Of a stretch of DNA of 28,116 bases, positions 8,786-18,229 are shown piece after piece. This DNA is from Thermotogota bacterium (GTDB lineage: Bacteria; Thermotogota; Thermotogae; Petrotogales; Kosmotogaceae): NCBI GenBank assembly GCA_034660555.1, contig JAYEJL010000005.1:1-28116 (forward strand), given 5' to 3'. The notes beneath the pieces are model-generated. The model was given only the letters and a program-made list of their open reading frames with translations. It was not told the DNA's origin and did no database searches. How positions within the stretch are numbered: the stretch's first letter is position 1; each line of letters opens with the position of its first letter. The position numbers and the translations under genes are program-made.

Positions 8786-9440
8786 TTGTGCGTTGTGGGT
8801 TGTGCGTTGTACGTGACTTCAAAAATGCAATATGAGAAAACGAGAAGTACCGAGGGAACGAGAGACCGAGACTTCATAAAAAATTGGGTTTGGGGTATAG
8901 GGTATGGGGTATGGTAAGAGATAAAAATTTCGTCCAACGCTTCGTTTCGTCCAACGAACTAAACTCCGAGACTCGAGATCAGAGATCCGAGAACAAACGA
9001 AAACCACAATAAATAATAAGAGACGTGAACCGTTTCCCGTTGTCCGATTGGTTATAATGCCCTCTTCGAGAGGGCTGCCGTAGGCTGGGTGTGTGAATTT
9101 TGTTCAAGAAACGTTGTGCGATAGTAGGTTGTGCGTTGTGCGTAAATTCAAAAACACTAAACCATTGATTTGCGTCTTGGGGAGCAGGCGGATTTGCTGA
9201 TCGAAGATCAGGATATGCGTGTTGTGAAACACACGGATTTGCGCTCCGCGGAAGGATCATAAAATCGGGTTTAGGATCTGGTGGGGTCTAGGGTATTGAA
9301 AAAATCAAGAAGAAAAAAACAGACACACCTCTCCGCTTTGCGGTAATCCTCTCTGAGAGGAGAATACAAACGATAGGACATAAAAGCCACTTGAACCGTT
9401 TGTTGTTGTCCGATTGATTCTAGTGCTCTCTAAGAGGACT
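8786..9440. repeat. Intergenic mosaic of short tandem-repeat and REP-like modules
   Basis: TTGTGCG x4 (8786-8813); CGAG-nnnn units (8833-8872); GGGGTAT-type x4 (8885-8915); TTTCGTCCAACG x2 (8928, 8945); CCGAGAT-type x4 (8966-8993); REP-like hairpins (9059-9095, 9323-9365); GGATTTGC units (9167-9257); duplicated block 9026-9075 / 9392-9440. Confidence 0.85.
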
Positions 9441-9479
9441 TTCCTCGATGATTAAACTTCTTTTCTTATTACAGGATTT

Positions 9480-10753
9480 CTATTTGACATCTGTTTCTTC
9501 AGGAGTTTCGTAGATGTGATATTCATCACGGGTTTCTTTTAGCTCTGCTTCAACAGTTCCCACTCCGGGGATTGAAACTTTTTCACCTTTTTTATGAGGT
9601 TTTTCTTTAGTGAAGAATGTAATCTCGTCAAATCGATATTCTTTCCCAATTCTTTTTACTTTATTCTGTTGTCTTATGAATATTTTGGTTTTGTTGAATT
9701 CTGTGGCAAAAAAGTGTTCATTAAGGATATTTTGATCCTTCCAGATTATGTTCATTGGGTCCATTCCCAAAAGTGGGAAATTTCCTTTGAGAGTTATTTT
9801 GTAACCATCTGAATTTTCAAATTCATTGAACTTTTTATCGATAAACCTGTTGTAGCGTTCTAAAATGTTTCTTGAATGTTCTATAACATTATGGGGTATC
9901 TCTTCAGAACGAGCTTTACTTGTTGTTATATCTGCTAGTTGTCTCATAAAGTCGTAGATATACTTTTCTGAATTCATGAATTTTTCCTGCCAGTGATTAT
10001 CAATTCTATCAAGGATAAAAGCGATACACATACCCGGTGCATAACAACTGAGTCTTAGCTTCCGAAGACTGAGGTCAAGTTCACCCATGTTTTTTCCTTG
10101 TAAAGCTATCACATACTCAAGAGGAAGAGATTCATGTAGACTATAAACTTTTGACTCTACATAAATGCAGTTCCCTCAATACTTTCCTGAGCAAGTTCAT
10201 AATTAATGCTGTCACCGATAAGCTCTCTTCTACTTTCTCTTAAGTTGATAAATCTCGAAAGATTTTCCCTAAATTCTTTTTCTGAGCTGGAAAACACAAC
10301 ATTTAACAATTTTCGCCTTTCAAGAAATCTCAATGCTAAATTTTGTTCGATAAAAGGATACTCCAGAACCTGAAGTTCATTTGCCCAGCGCTTTTCTCCC
10401 CTTAACTTTTGATAACAGTGAAAAGCTTCATGAAAAATAAGTGAGAGTAATCTCCCAAAAGAAATTGACGGCTCTATTGTTGTTAAGTCCCAAATTGCTA
10501 CCTGTTGACCCTCAAGTTCAATGGCTGTATTTCCATAAAACCTGTTATCCTTCTTACCAACAAGGACACCGCTCTGCTCGTTGAAATTCTTGAGTTCTCG
10601 AGGAAAACCTGCTATACAAACCTTTTCGTCATCATATAAAGCAACTGGTATTTCAGGAAACCCAAACCAGAATTTCTTTCTAAAATCCTCATCACTCATG
10701 TAGCTGTAGAGTTTCTTAAGTATAATCGTTGCTTGCTCAAAATCAAAACCCAT
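9480..10753 (-). pseudogene. Frameshifted HExxH metallopeptidase-like protein (two ORFs join)
   Basis: HEAFHCYQ and ESIEGTA motifs. Adding one T to the TTT at about 10163 restores EGTAFYVESKVY..., which runs in frame into ORF 9480..10112. Confidence 0.75.
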
Positions 10754-10913
10754 ATAAAAACCTTCTTCTCCGTTTTATATGTAACTGAGTTCTTATTATA
10801 TAACTGCGCTTCAAAAAGCTCACCGAATTTTCGATGTAATTTTATCCAGCGAACAGGACGTAAGTATTTTACATCTTAACTTTACATTTTTTGTGTTGCT
10901 CTTCCTATGTTTT

Positions 10914-11783
10914 TCAAGAAAATACATCGAATCCGTATTCTTTAATCAGTTCAATTAGATCTTCGTTCACTTTGGGCATCATATCGGCCCTGTAATGAAG
11001 TCCAAATCCATATTGAAATGTTGAAATGTAACCATTTTTCAAGATTTCTTGAACAACCTTATCGGCGAATTCTTTGTCATGAGCTTTTTCGCATACTTCT
11101 CTTATTGTATCTATTCTCCTGTCATGTTCGGATACTTCAAATTTCTGTCCATCGTATTTTCTTTCGACTGCTTCCTTTAATTCTTCGTCAGTCGGTATAC
11201 GGTATTTCTCATCATGTACCAGCGTATCCATATCAAACTTTTTTCTTATAGGTGGTTTAACCTTTGGATATCCCATTGTCACCAGCACAACGGGCAATAC
11301 TTCGTCGGGTAGTTCAAATAATTGTTTGCAGCTTCTTAGTGTCTCTGGTTCTGTGAATATCGTTCCAATATAAACTGACCCCAAACCAAGCGAATCAGCA
11401 GCTGTGCACACCGTTTGAGCGACTATCACGGTATCTTCAAGAGCAATCCAATAATGAGCAAGAGAACTTGTAGCAGTGAAAGGTGCTTTTTCTATCTCTG
11501 CAATTCTTCTCAATCTGTAATAATCAATGCAGAAAAGAAGATTGACCGGCGCTGTTTTAATAAATGCCTGATTACCCGGTTCCACCAGTTTTTCCATTTT
11601 CTTTTTATCTCTGATTTTTATTATGGAAAAGGGTTGAAGATTTCCACCACTGGCAGCGTGGGTACCGGCTTCAAGTATTTGACTGAGTGTTTCTTCTGCA
11701 ACCTCTTCATCAGAAAAATTTCTCAAACTTGCTCGTTCATAAAGTAGCTTCAGCGTTTCACTGGGATATTCTATATTGCTCAT
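10914..11783 (-). CDS. Nitroreductase family protein (NfsA/FRP-like)
   Basis: RASLRNF, AASGGNLQP, AADSLGLGSVYIG and MGYP motifs. Confidence 0.92.
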   Translation of the reverse strand: MSNIEYPSETLKLLYERASLRNFSDEEVAEETLSQILEAGTHAASGGNLQPFSIIKIRDKKKMEKLVEPGNQAFIKTAPVNLLFCIDYYRLRRIAEIEKAPFTATSSLAHYWIALEDTVIVAQTVCTAADSLGLGSVYIGTIFTEPETLRSCKQLFELPDEVLPVVLVTMGYPKVKPPIRKKFDMDTLVHDEKYRIPTDEELKEAVERKYDGQKFEVSEHDRRIDTIREVCEKAHDKEFADKVVQEILKNGYISTFQYGFGLHYRADMMPKVNEDLIELIKEYGFDVFS

Positions 11784-11856
11784 GATCCACCTTCTGGTTG
11801 ATGAGGGTTTGTTAAAAATTATACATTACCAAAAAACAATTAAAGCCTGAATATAG

Positions 11857-11940
11857 ATAGTAAACTTCGTTTTACTATTTTTCAAATATTCGTAAAGTAT
11901 GGTATACTAAAAATATAATTAAAGTAAAGTATAATTTACT
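11857..11940. promoter_or_regulatory. Three palindromic operator-like boxes overlapping an extended -10 element
   Basis: AGTAAA-CTTCGT-TTTACT (11859), CGTAAA-GTATGG-TATACT (11891) and AGTAAA-GTATAA-TTTACT (11923), spaced 32 bp apart. TGGTATACT at 11900-11908. Confidence 0.6.
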
Positions 11941-11946
11941 ATAGAG

Positions 11947-13167
11947 GTGAAAGAAATGATCAAGCTTGATGCATATTTCGAAATTCAAGATCGTTTGATG
12001 GATTCAATATCAAAGAAGTTTAAACGCTATCTTTATTCCAAAATCGACTGGAAGGCTAGAATGATAGGATTAACTGGTTATAGAGGTGTAGGTAAAACAA
12101 CATTATTACTACAAAAATTGGCAGATATGGATGTTTCAAATTCGGAATCTCTATATATTTCAGCTGACAATCCTCTCGTGCTAAACGACGGTATTTACAA
12201 TATTGGAGATACATTTTTTAAACATGGAGGGAAACTCCTTGTAGTTGATGAATCCCATAGATACCCGGGATGGTCATTGGAACTGAAAGCACTATATGAT
12301 TCTTTCCCAAATAAAAAAATCATTTTTACCGGCAGTTCTTCAATGGAGATAATGAAAGGAAAAGCAGATCTCTCTCGTAGAACACTAATATATAAACTTA
12401 ACATCCTTTCATTTAGAGAATATGTCCAGATTAGAACCGGTGATACCATTAGCCCGGTGAAACTGGAAGAAATATTGAGAAATCATAATAAAATTGCTAA
12501 ATCATTGCTTCATTATGAACCTTTGAGGTTTTTTTCTGAATACCTCAGAGAAGGTGCTTATCCCTATTTTATTGAAGGCAATTACTATAATAGGCTTCTC
12601 AACACATTGGACAAGATCATCTATGATGACATATTGGGAATCAGTGACATAAAACCCGAGGGAGCAGCAACAATAAAAAGACTAATCGCTTTCCTTGCAA
12701 CAAGTAAGGTCCCCAGGATTTCACCTGAAAAGTTATGTCGATCGCTAAATATAACTAAACCAACCCTGTATAATTATCTTGATCTAATGGAAAAAGTCCT
12801 TTTAATCAACCGCGTACCTCCAGAAAAGATTGGTCACAAATATCTTAGAAGTGGTGCAAAAGTTTTTCTGAACAATCCAAACATTTACTATGCATTAAAC
12901 CAACCTGCATGGAGTTTAGAGAAACATCTTGGAACTATCCGAGAATCTTTCTTCGTAAACCAATTGGTTCAACAAACTATTACAGCTCCAGATGCTGGAG
13001 ATTTCACAATAAGAAAAAACGGACAATTCATAGTCTTTGAAATAGGTGGTAAAAAGAAAGACACAAAACAAATAAAAGATATGGAAAATGGTTACGTTTT
13101 AAATGATGATATTGAAACCGGCCGTGGACAAAATATTCCGCTATATTTGATGGGGTTACTTTACTAA
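11947..13167 (+). CDS. AAA+ ATPase (AAA_14-like) with a C-terminal DUF4143-like degenerate nuclease domain
   Basis: Walker A GYRGVGKTT; Walker B VVDESH; TGSS; GAYP; HTH-like ITKPTLYNYLDLME; C-terminal GDF...FEIGGK. Confidence 0.85.
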   Translation: MKEMIKLDAYFEIQDRLMDSISKKFKRYLYSKIDWKARMIGLTGYRGVGKTTLLLQKLADMDVSNSESLYISADNPLVLNDGIYNIGDTFFKHGGKLLVVDESHRYPGWSLELKALYDSFPNKKIIFTGSSSMEIMKGKADLSRRTLIYKLNILSFREYVQIRTGDTISPVKLEEILRNHNKIAKSLLHYEPLRFFSEYLREGAYPYFIEGNYYNRLLNTLDKIIYDDILGISDIKPEGAATIKRLIAFLATSKVPRISPEKLCRSLNITKPTLYNYLDLMEKVLLINRVPPEKIGHKYLRSGAKVFLNNPNIYYALNQPAWSLEKHLGTIRESFFVNQLVQQTITAPDAGDFTIRKNGQFIVFEIGGKKKDTKQIKDMENGYVLNDDIETGRGQNIPLYLMGLLY

Positions 13168-13440
13168 ATAAGAATTATTACTTTCTTGGTCGCGATAGAT
13201 AAATTTCTTTTCCAGAAATTTAACCTCTTTGCTTATGCTAAAATAGTATCGAATGCATAATACAATACTACTTATTACTTAGATTCACAACTACTCGCAA
13301 TAAAGTGATTACTAGGCACACTAGGCCTGTTGATTTTAAATCATTTTAAAACGAAAGCACAAAAATATATATCATAGTAATAAGAAGTATCATGCATGTT
13401 TCTTAGATTATGCTTAGTATGAAAGGAAAGTGAGAAAAAA

Positions 13441-14922
13441 ATGAATATTCTTCTTGTTTATCCAAAATATCCTGATACGTTCTGGAGCTTTAAACACGCA
13501 CTGAAATTTATCTCCAAAAAAGCTGCTTATCCCCCTCTTGGTTTGCTAACAGTTGCATCAATGCTTCCTGATGAATGGAACCTAAAGCTTATTGATATGA
13601 ATGTAAAGAGCTTAAAAAATAAAGATATTCAGTGGGCAGATTATGTTTTTCTTAGTGCAATTGATGTACAACGTGATTCAGCAAACGAGGTAATTGAGAG
13701 ATGTAAAGGCAACAATACAAAGGTTGTAGCGGGAGGGCCATTATTTACAACCTCTTATGAAGAATTTGATGGCGTTGATCATTTTGTACTAAATGAAGCA
13801 GAAGCAACGCTCAAGCCTTTTCTTAATGATCTAAAAGAAGGTAAGCCTAAACACATCTATACTTCCAACAAATACCCGGATATCACAGAGACACCGGTTC
13901 CTGCATGGGAGCTTATCAATATGAAAGATTACTCGACAATGAGTATTCAGTATTCGCGCGGGTGCCCTTACGATTGCGAATTTTGTGACATAGTCCTGCT
14001 CAATGGAAGAATTCCAAGAACAAAAAGCTCTGAGCAGGTTATCGCGGAATTAGATACACTTTATAAAAAAGGATGGCGAGGCTCAGTTTTTTTGGTAGAT
14101 GATAACTTCATAGGTAATAAACACAAATTGAAAAACATTATACTACCGGAAGTTATTAAGTGGGTAAAAGATAGGAATGAACCTTTCTCATTTATCACTG
14201 AAGTTTCAATAGACTTAACTGATGACGAACAATTGATGGAGCAGATGAGTGAAGCTGGATTTACATCGCTGTTTGTGGGAATTGAAACTACTAATGAAGC
14301 TAGTCTTATTGAATGTGGCAAGATACAGAATCAAAACCGTGATCTGTTATCTTCAGTGAAGACGCTTCAAAGTTACGGATTCCAGGTATTTGGTGGTTTC
14401 ATTGTAGGGTTCGATAATGATACCCCATCAATATTTGACAATCTCATTGATTTTATCCAGAATAGCGGAATAGTAACCGCAATGGTAGGGATACTAACCG
14501 CACCTCCAGGAACCAAACTTTATAAACGTCTAAAGAAGGAAAACCGACTGTTATCTAAATTTTCAGGAAATAACACAACAATGTCCACAAATTTCATACC
14601 AAAAATGAATTATGATACTCTTATAAATGGTTACAAAAAAATAGTAAAAAGCATATATTTACCAAAAAATTTCTACAAAAGAGCAAAAACATTCCTGAAA
14701 AATTACAATCCAAAAATTCCTAAAGGTCTTGGTTTAAAGTTCGAGCATTTTGTAGCTCTGATAAAGTCTATGTGGATTCTGGGAATAAAAGAAAAAGGAG
14801 GAAGAAAGGACTACTGGAAGTTCATTTTCTGGACGCTTTTTAAACGTCCACGTCTTTTTCCTCTATCTGTTGAACTTTCTATCTATGGATTTCATTTCAG
14901 AAAATCATTTGAATCAATATAA
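13441..14922 (+). CDS. B12-binding radical SAM protein (DUF4070, HpnP-like)
   Basis: PPLGLLTVA and AGGP in the B12-binding domain; SRGCPYDCEFC (CxxxCxxC); VDDNF; GIET; GFIVGFDND. Confidence 0.92.
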   Translation: MNILLVYPKYPDTFWSFKHALKFISKKAAYPPLGLLTVASMLPDEWNLKLIDMNVKSLKNKDIQWADYVFLSAIDVQRDSANEVIERCKGNNTKVVAGGPLFTTSYEEFDGVDHFVLNEAEATLKPFLNDLKEGKPKHIYTSNKYPDITETPVPAWELINMKDYSTMSIQYSRGCPYDCEFCDIVLLNGRIPRTKSSEQVIAELDTLYKKGWRGSVFLVDDNFIGNKHKLKNIILPEVIKWVKDRNEPFSFITEVSIDLTDDEQLMEQMSEAGFTSLFVGIETTNEASLIECGKIQNQNRDLLSSVKTLQSYGFQVFGGFIVGFDNDTPSIFDNLIDFIQNSGIVTAMVGILTAPPGTKLYKRLKKENRLLSKFSGNNTTMSTNFIPKMNYDTLINGYKKIVKSIYLPKNFYKRAKTFLKNYNPKIPKGLGLKFEHFVALIKSMWILGIKEKGGRKDYWKFIFWTLFKRPRLFPLSVELSIYGFHFRKSFESI

Positions 14923-15000
14923 TTTTTAGGAAACCATTTAATATCCGGATATAACCCAAAACTATTATCGTTAATATCTGATTTTATAATGCATATACAC

Positions 15001-15434
15001 CTAGTTTTCAATTCTCGTTCCCCAAAAAGCATTTATTTTGTTTAGATAAGTGTTAACAAGGTTAACCATCGGTTCAGGAAGAAGATTATAATGTTTTATT
15101 TCTGATCTTTTTACCCAAACAAACTCAAGATGGCTCTCCTTTGAAGATACGGGTTTATCATATTTAGCGCTGGACAATCTAACGTTAAAAATCAGGTTCA
15201 ATTCTGAATAAAGCACTTCATCCTTTTTACATGTAGCTTCAACAGCTCCTAAAAAGCTGATTATTCTGGCGTCATACCCTATTTCTTCTTCTATTTCACG
15301 AATAAGGGCTTTCTCAGCAGATTCACCCTGTTCAACATAACCTCCCGGTAAAAATGTGTTATCTGCTCCAATTTCTCGAGAAGAACATACTCTCCAGAAA
15401 TGATTAGAGCTCGTACAAGATAATGAAATTTCAT
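15001..15434 (-). pseudogene. NUDIX hydrolase, frameshifted near the N-terminus
   Basis: Nudix box GGYVEQGESAEKALIREIEEEIG. The RBS (GGGGGA) and ATG at 15434 give MKFHYLVRALIISGEYVLL in a different frame, which joins REIGADNTFLPGG at about 15378. Confidence 0.7.
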
Positions 15435-15700
15435 TTTTCCCCCCTATAATCTCTATAGTTCGCATTTTCACAAAGAAAATTCGCGAATTCTTCAATGCAT
15501 TGCTCCTTCCTTCAGTTATAAACCAATATTTAGTAATATGCTTAATAAAATGAAGAAACATGACTGAATACCCTTATTCATGTAAATAATCCGTTCTGAG
15601 TGTTTTTCATTTATCTGATAAATACTGTTATAATAAATTAAACTACAAAATACTTTTGTTAATTTGGCAAAAATACATGTCAAAGAACAGGAGTGATAAA

Positions 15701-17656
15701 ATGGCTGAGATTCCGATAATTCCGAGAAAAGTGCTTTTCGGAAACCCCGATAAGGCTTCACCATCAATCAGTTCAGACGGTAAACATATTGCCTTTCTGG
15801 CACCAAAAGATGGGGTGCTCAATGTATGGATAGCCCCAACAGAAAATCCCGATAATGCAAAACCAATTACCAGTGACACAAAAAGAGGGATTCGTTTTTA
15901 CGAATGGGCGCGCGCTGAACAATACTTGTTTTATATTCAGGATAAAGATGGGGATGAAAACTGGCATCTTTTCGTTGTCAACATTCAAAACGGAAAAATT
16001 CATGATTTAACACCCTTCGAAAATATTCAAGCCAGAATATTAAAATCAAGCCCAGAATTTCCAAAAAACATAATTGTCGCAATCAACAGAAGGGATCCTC
16101 AATGGCATGATGTCTACAATCTCAATATTGAAACAGGAAAACTTGAACTTGTTTTAGAAAATGAAACTTTTGCTGATTTTGAGCTTGATGACGATTACAA
16201 CATAGTTTTTGGCTATCAACTTGTTCCTGAAGGAATAAAAATCATGAAACCTTTAAATGACGGACAATGGGAGCACTGGGAAACAATAAGTGAAGAAGAT
16301 CAACTGACTACTGATTGTGTAACAATAAGCAAAGATGGTAAATACGCATACTTAAGAGGTAGCAGAAATCGTGACACTTCAACACTAGTAAAATGCAAAC
16401 TATCCGATAAATCAAGAACTATATTAGCTGAACATCCCAGAGCAGACATAGATGATGTGCTTATTCACCCAATTGAAAAATATCCTTTAGCTGCTTCATT
16501 TACTTATGCACGAAAAGAATGGAAGATTCTCGATGAAAATGTTAATGATGATTTTGAAAAAATAAAAACATTTATAAAGGGAGATTTTAATATTGAAAGT
16601 CAGTCACTTGACAATAGATACTGGGTCATCTCTGATACCGTAGATGATGGACCTATTAACTATTATATTTACGATCGTGAAACTAAAAGCTCAACTTTCT
16701 TGTTTGCTAATAAAGACGTATTGAAAAATCAACCATTAGCAAAGATGTACTCAAAAACAATAAAATCACATGATGGTCTTGATCTGGTAATTTACTACAC
16801 ATTACCTTTATCAAGTGATAGTGATGGCAAAGAAATCCCGGATAAACCAGTCCCAACAGTGCTGTTACCCCATGGTGGTCCCTGGGGACGAGATTTTTGG
16901 GGTTATGACCCACTTCATCAGTGGCTAGCTAATAGAGGCTACGCTGTAATCTCTGTCAATTTTAGATCTTCAACTGGTTTTGGTAAATCATTCATCAACG
17001 CTGGAGATCGTGAATGGGGAGGAAAAATCATACAGGACCAGGCAGATACCGTAAAATGGGCAATAGATAAAGGTATAGCTGATCCCGATAAAGTAGCAAT
17101 AATGGGTGGCAGTTTTGGTGGTTATTCAACCCTGGCAGGCCTAACATTCTTCCCTGAACTTTATACATGTGGTGTTGATATCGTCGGTCCTTCCAACCTT
17201 GAAACCTTCCTCGACACCATACCCGCTTATTGGAAGCCTATGTTTGAAATGTTAACAAACCGGGTGGGGGATCCACGAACCAAAGAAGGAAAAGAGCTCC
17301 TCAAAAAGCATTCTCCTCTCAATTATGTGGATAACATCAAAGCACCTCTGCTAATCGGTCAGGGAGCAAATGATCCAAGAGTCAAAAAGGCTGAATCAGA
17401 TCAGATTGCTGAGGTAATGAAAGAAAAGAATATCCCTGTTACCTATGTACTTTATCCTGACGAAGGTCATGGTTTTGCCAGACCGGAAAATCGTCTTTCA
17501 TTCTTTGCGGTAGCAGAAGCTTTTTTGGCCAAGTTCCTTGGAGGTTCATACGAACCCATAGGTGAAGATTTCAAAAAATCCAGCATTCAAATATTAAGCG
17601 GAAAAGAAAAAATACCTGGATTGAAAAAGGCATTAGATAACAAAGAAAAAAACTGA
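15701..17656 (+). CDS. S9 family peptidase (dipeptidyl aminopeptidase / acylaminoacyl peptidase)
   Basis: HGGP; GGSFGG nucleophile; NDPRV; DEGHG catalytic triad; beta-propeller N-terminus. ATG at 15701 follows AGGAG. Confidence 0.95.
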   Translation: MAEIPIIPRKVLFGNPDKASPSISSDGKHIAFLAPKDGVLNVWIAPTENPDNAKPITSDTKRGIRFYEWARAEQYLFYIQDKDGDENWHLFVVNIQNGKIHDLTPFENIQARILKSSPEFPKNIIVAINRRDPQWHDVYNLNIETGKLELVLENETFADFELDDDYNIVFGYQLVPEGIKIMKPLNDGQWEHWETISEEDQLTTDCVTISKDGKYAYLRGSRNRDTSTLVKCKLSDKSRTILAEHPRADIDDVLIHPIEKYPLAASFTYARKEWKILDENVNDDFEKIKTFIKGDFNIESQSLDNRYWVISDTVDDGPINYYIYDRETKSSTFLFANKDVLKNQPLAKMYSKTIKSHDGLDLVIYYTLPLSSDSDGKEIPDKPVPTVLLPHGGPWGRDFWGYDPLHQWLANRGYAVISVNFRSSTGFGKSFINAGDREWGGKIIQDQADTVKWAIDKGIADPDKVAIMGGSFGGYSTLAGLTFFPELYTCGVDIVGPSNLETFLDTIPAYWKPMFEMLTNRVGDPRTKEGKELLKKHSPLNYVDNIKAPLLIGQGANDPRVKKAESDQIAEVMKEKNIPVTYVLYPDEGHGFARPENRLSFFAVAEAFLAKFLGGSYEPIGEDFKKSSIQILSGKEKIPGLKKALDNKEKN

Positions 17657-17686
17657 CACTTCTCACCTCTGTTTATATAGATTATA

Positions 17687-17716
17687 GGGCAAGCCTAATA
17701 TGGCTTGCTCTTTTTT
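17687..17716 (+). terminator. Rho-independent terminator
   Basis: GGGCAAGCC-TAATAT-GGCTTGCTC followed by TTTTTT. Confidence 0.85.
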
Positions 17717-17727
17717 GCCGTAGTAAT

Positions 17728-18077
17728 TCACTTATCCATCATTTTAACCGGTAATTTGTATTGCCAATCTCTTTCTTTATCTGCATTTACGGAAGTCCCA
17801 TCAGGGTAATGATAAAAAAGACAGCTTTAGTGGCGTATGTGGAAGCAATCATGACGTGTTTTTTAACGTGCACGGTTGAAGCGGCATGAGCGGCTGAACG
17901 ACCAGTATCGATTGATTTTCGAGGGCGATTGTCATCTGGATATTTTTCTTCAAAATAAGAAAGCACACGCTCAGCACATTCACAGGCCCATATCACTGCA
18001 GTTTTGTGATCGGCTTTTTTCAAAAGTTCTTCAATTAACTTATGTTTCTACGAATCAATAAATTTTCTTTTAGTCAT
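17728..18077 (-). pseudogene. Imm5-like putative immunity protein remnant
   Basis: AGGAG RBS and ATG at 18077; in-frame TAG at 18050-18048; WACECAERVL...DNRPR and AAHAA motifs; C-terminal ERDWQY in another frame; apparent internal deletion. Confidence 0.7.
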
Positions 18078-18154
18078 AAATGCTCCTGTATATGAACTAT
18101 ATACATACCATAAAAAATCATAGCACTTTGAGTTGACCATTTTATATGGTATAT

Positions 18155-18217
18155 TATAAATGTAAATTTACTGAATATATATTTAGTAAATTTATATTTA
18201 CTAAATTCACATTTATA
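18155..18217. promoter_or_regulatory. Palindromic operator-like array upstream of the ATPase gene
   Basis: Perfect arms ATTTAGTAAA-TTTATA-TTTACTAAAT (18181-18206) nested in overlapping imperfect boxes at 18155, 18170, 18185 and 18200. TTGACC at 18133 and TGGTATATT at 18147. Confidence 0.6.
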
Positions 18218-18229
18218 AGGTGATTTATT

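Noticed and set aside
8719..9260. Small ORFs 8719..8937, 8819..9007 and 8979..9260
   Set aside because: They are translations of the repeat modules, with no RBS or recognisable motif.
8786..9440. CRISPR array or integron attC array
   Set aside because: No constant 23-47 bp repeat with unique spacers, no clear RYYYAAC...GTTRRRY boxes, and no cas or intI gene nearby.
15435..15561. N-terminal extension of the NUDIX ORF in the track
   Set aside because: It reads through intergenic DNA; a better RBS and start lie at 15434 in another frame.
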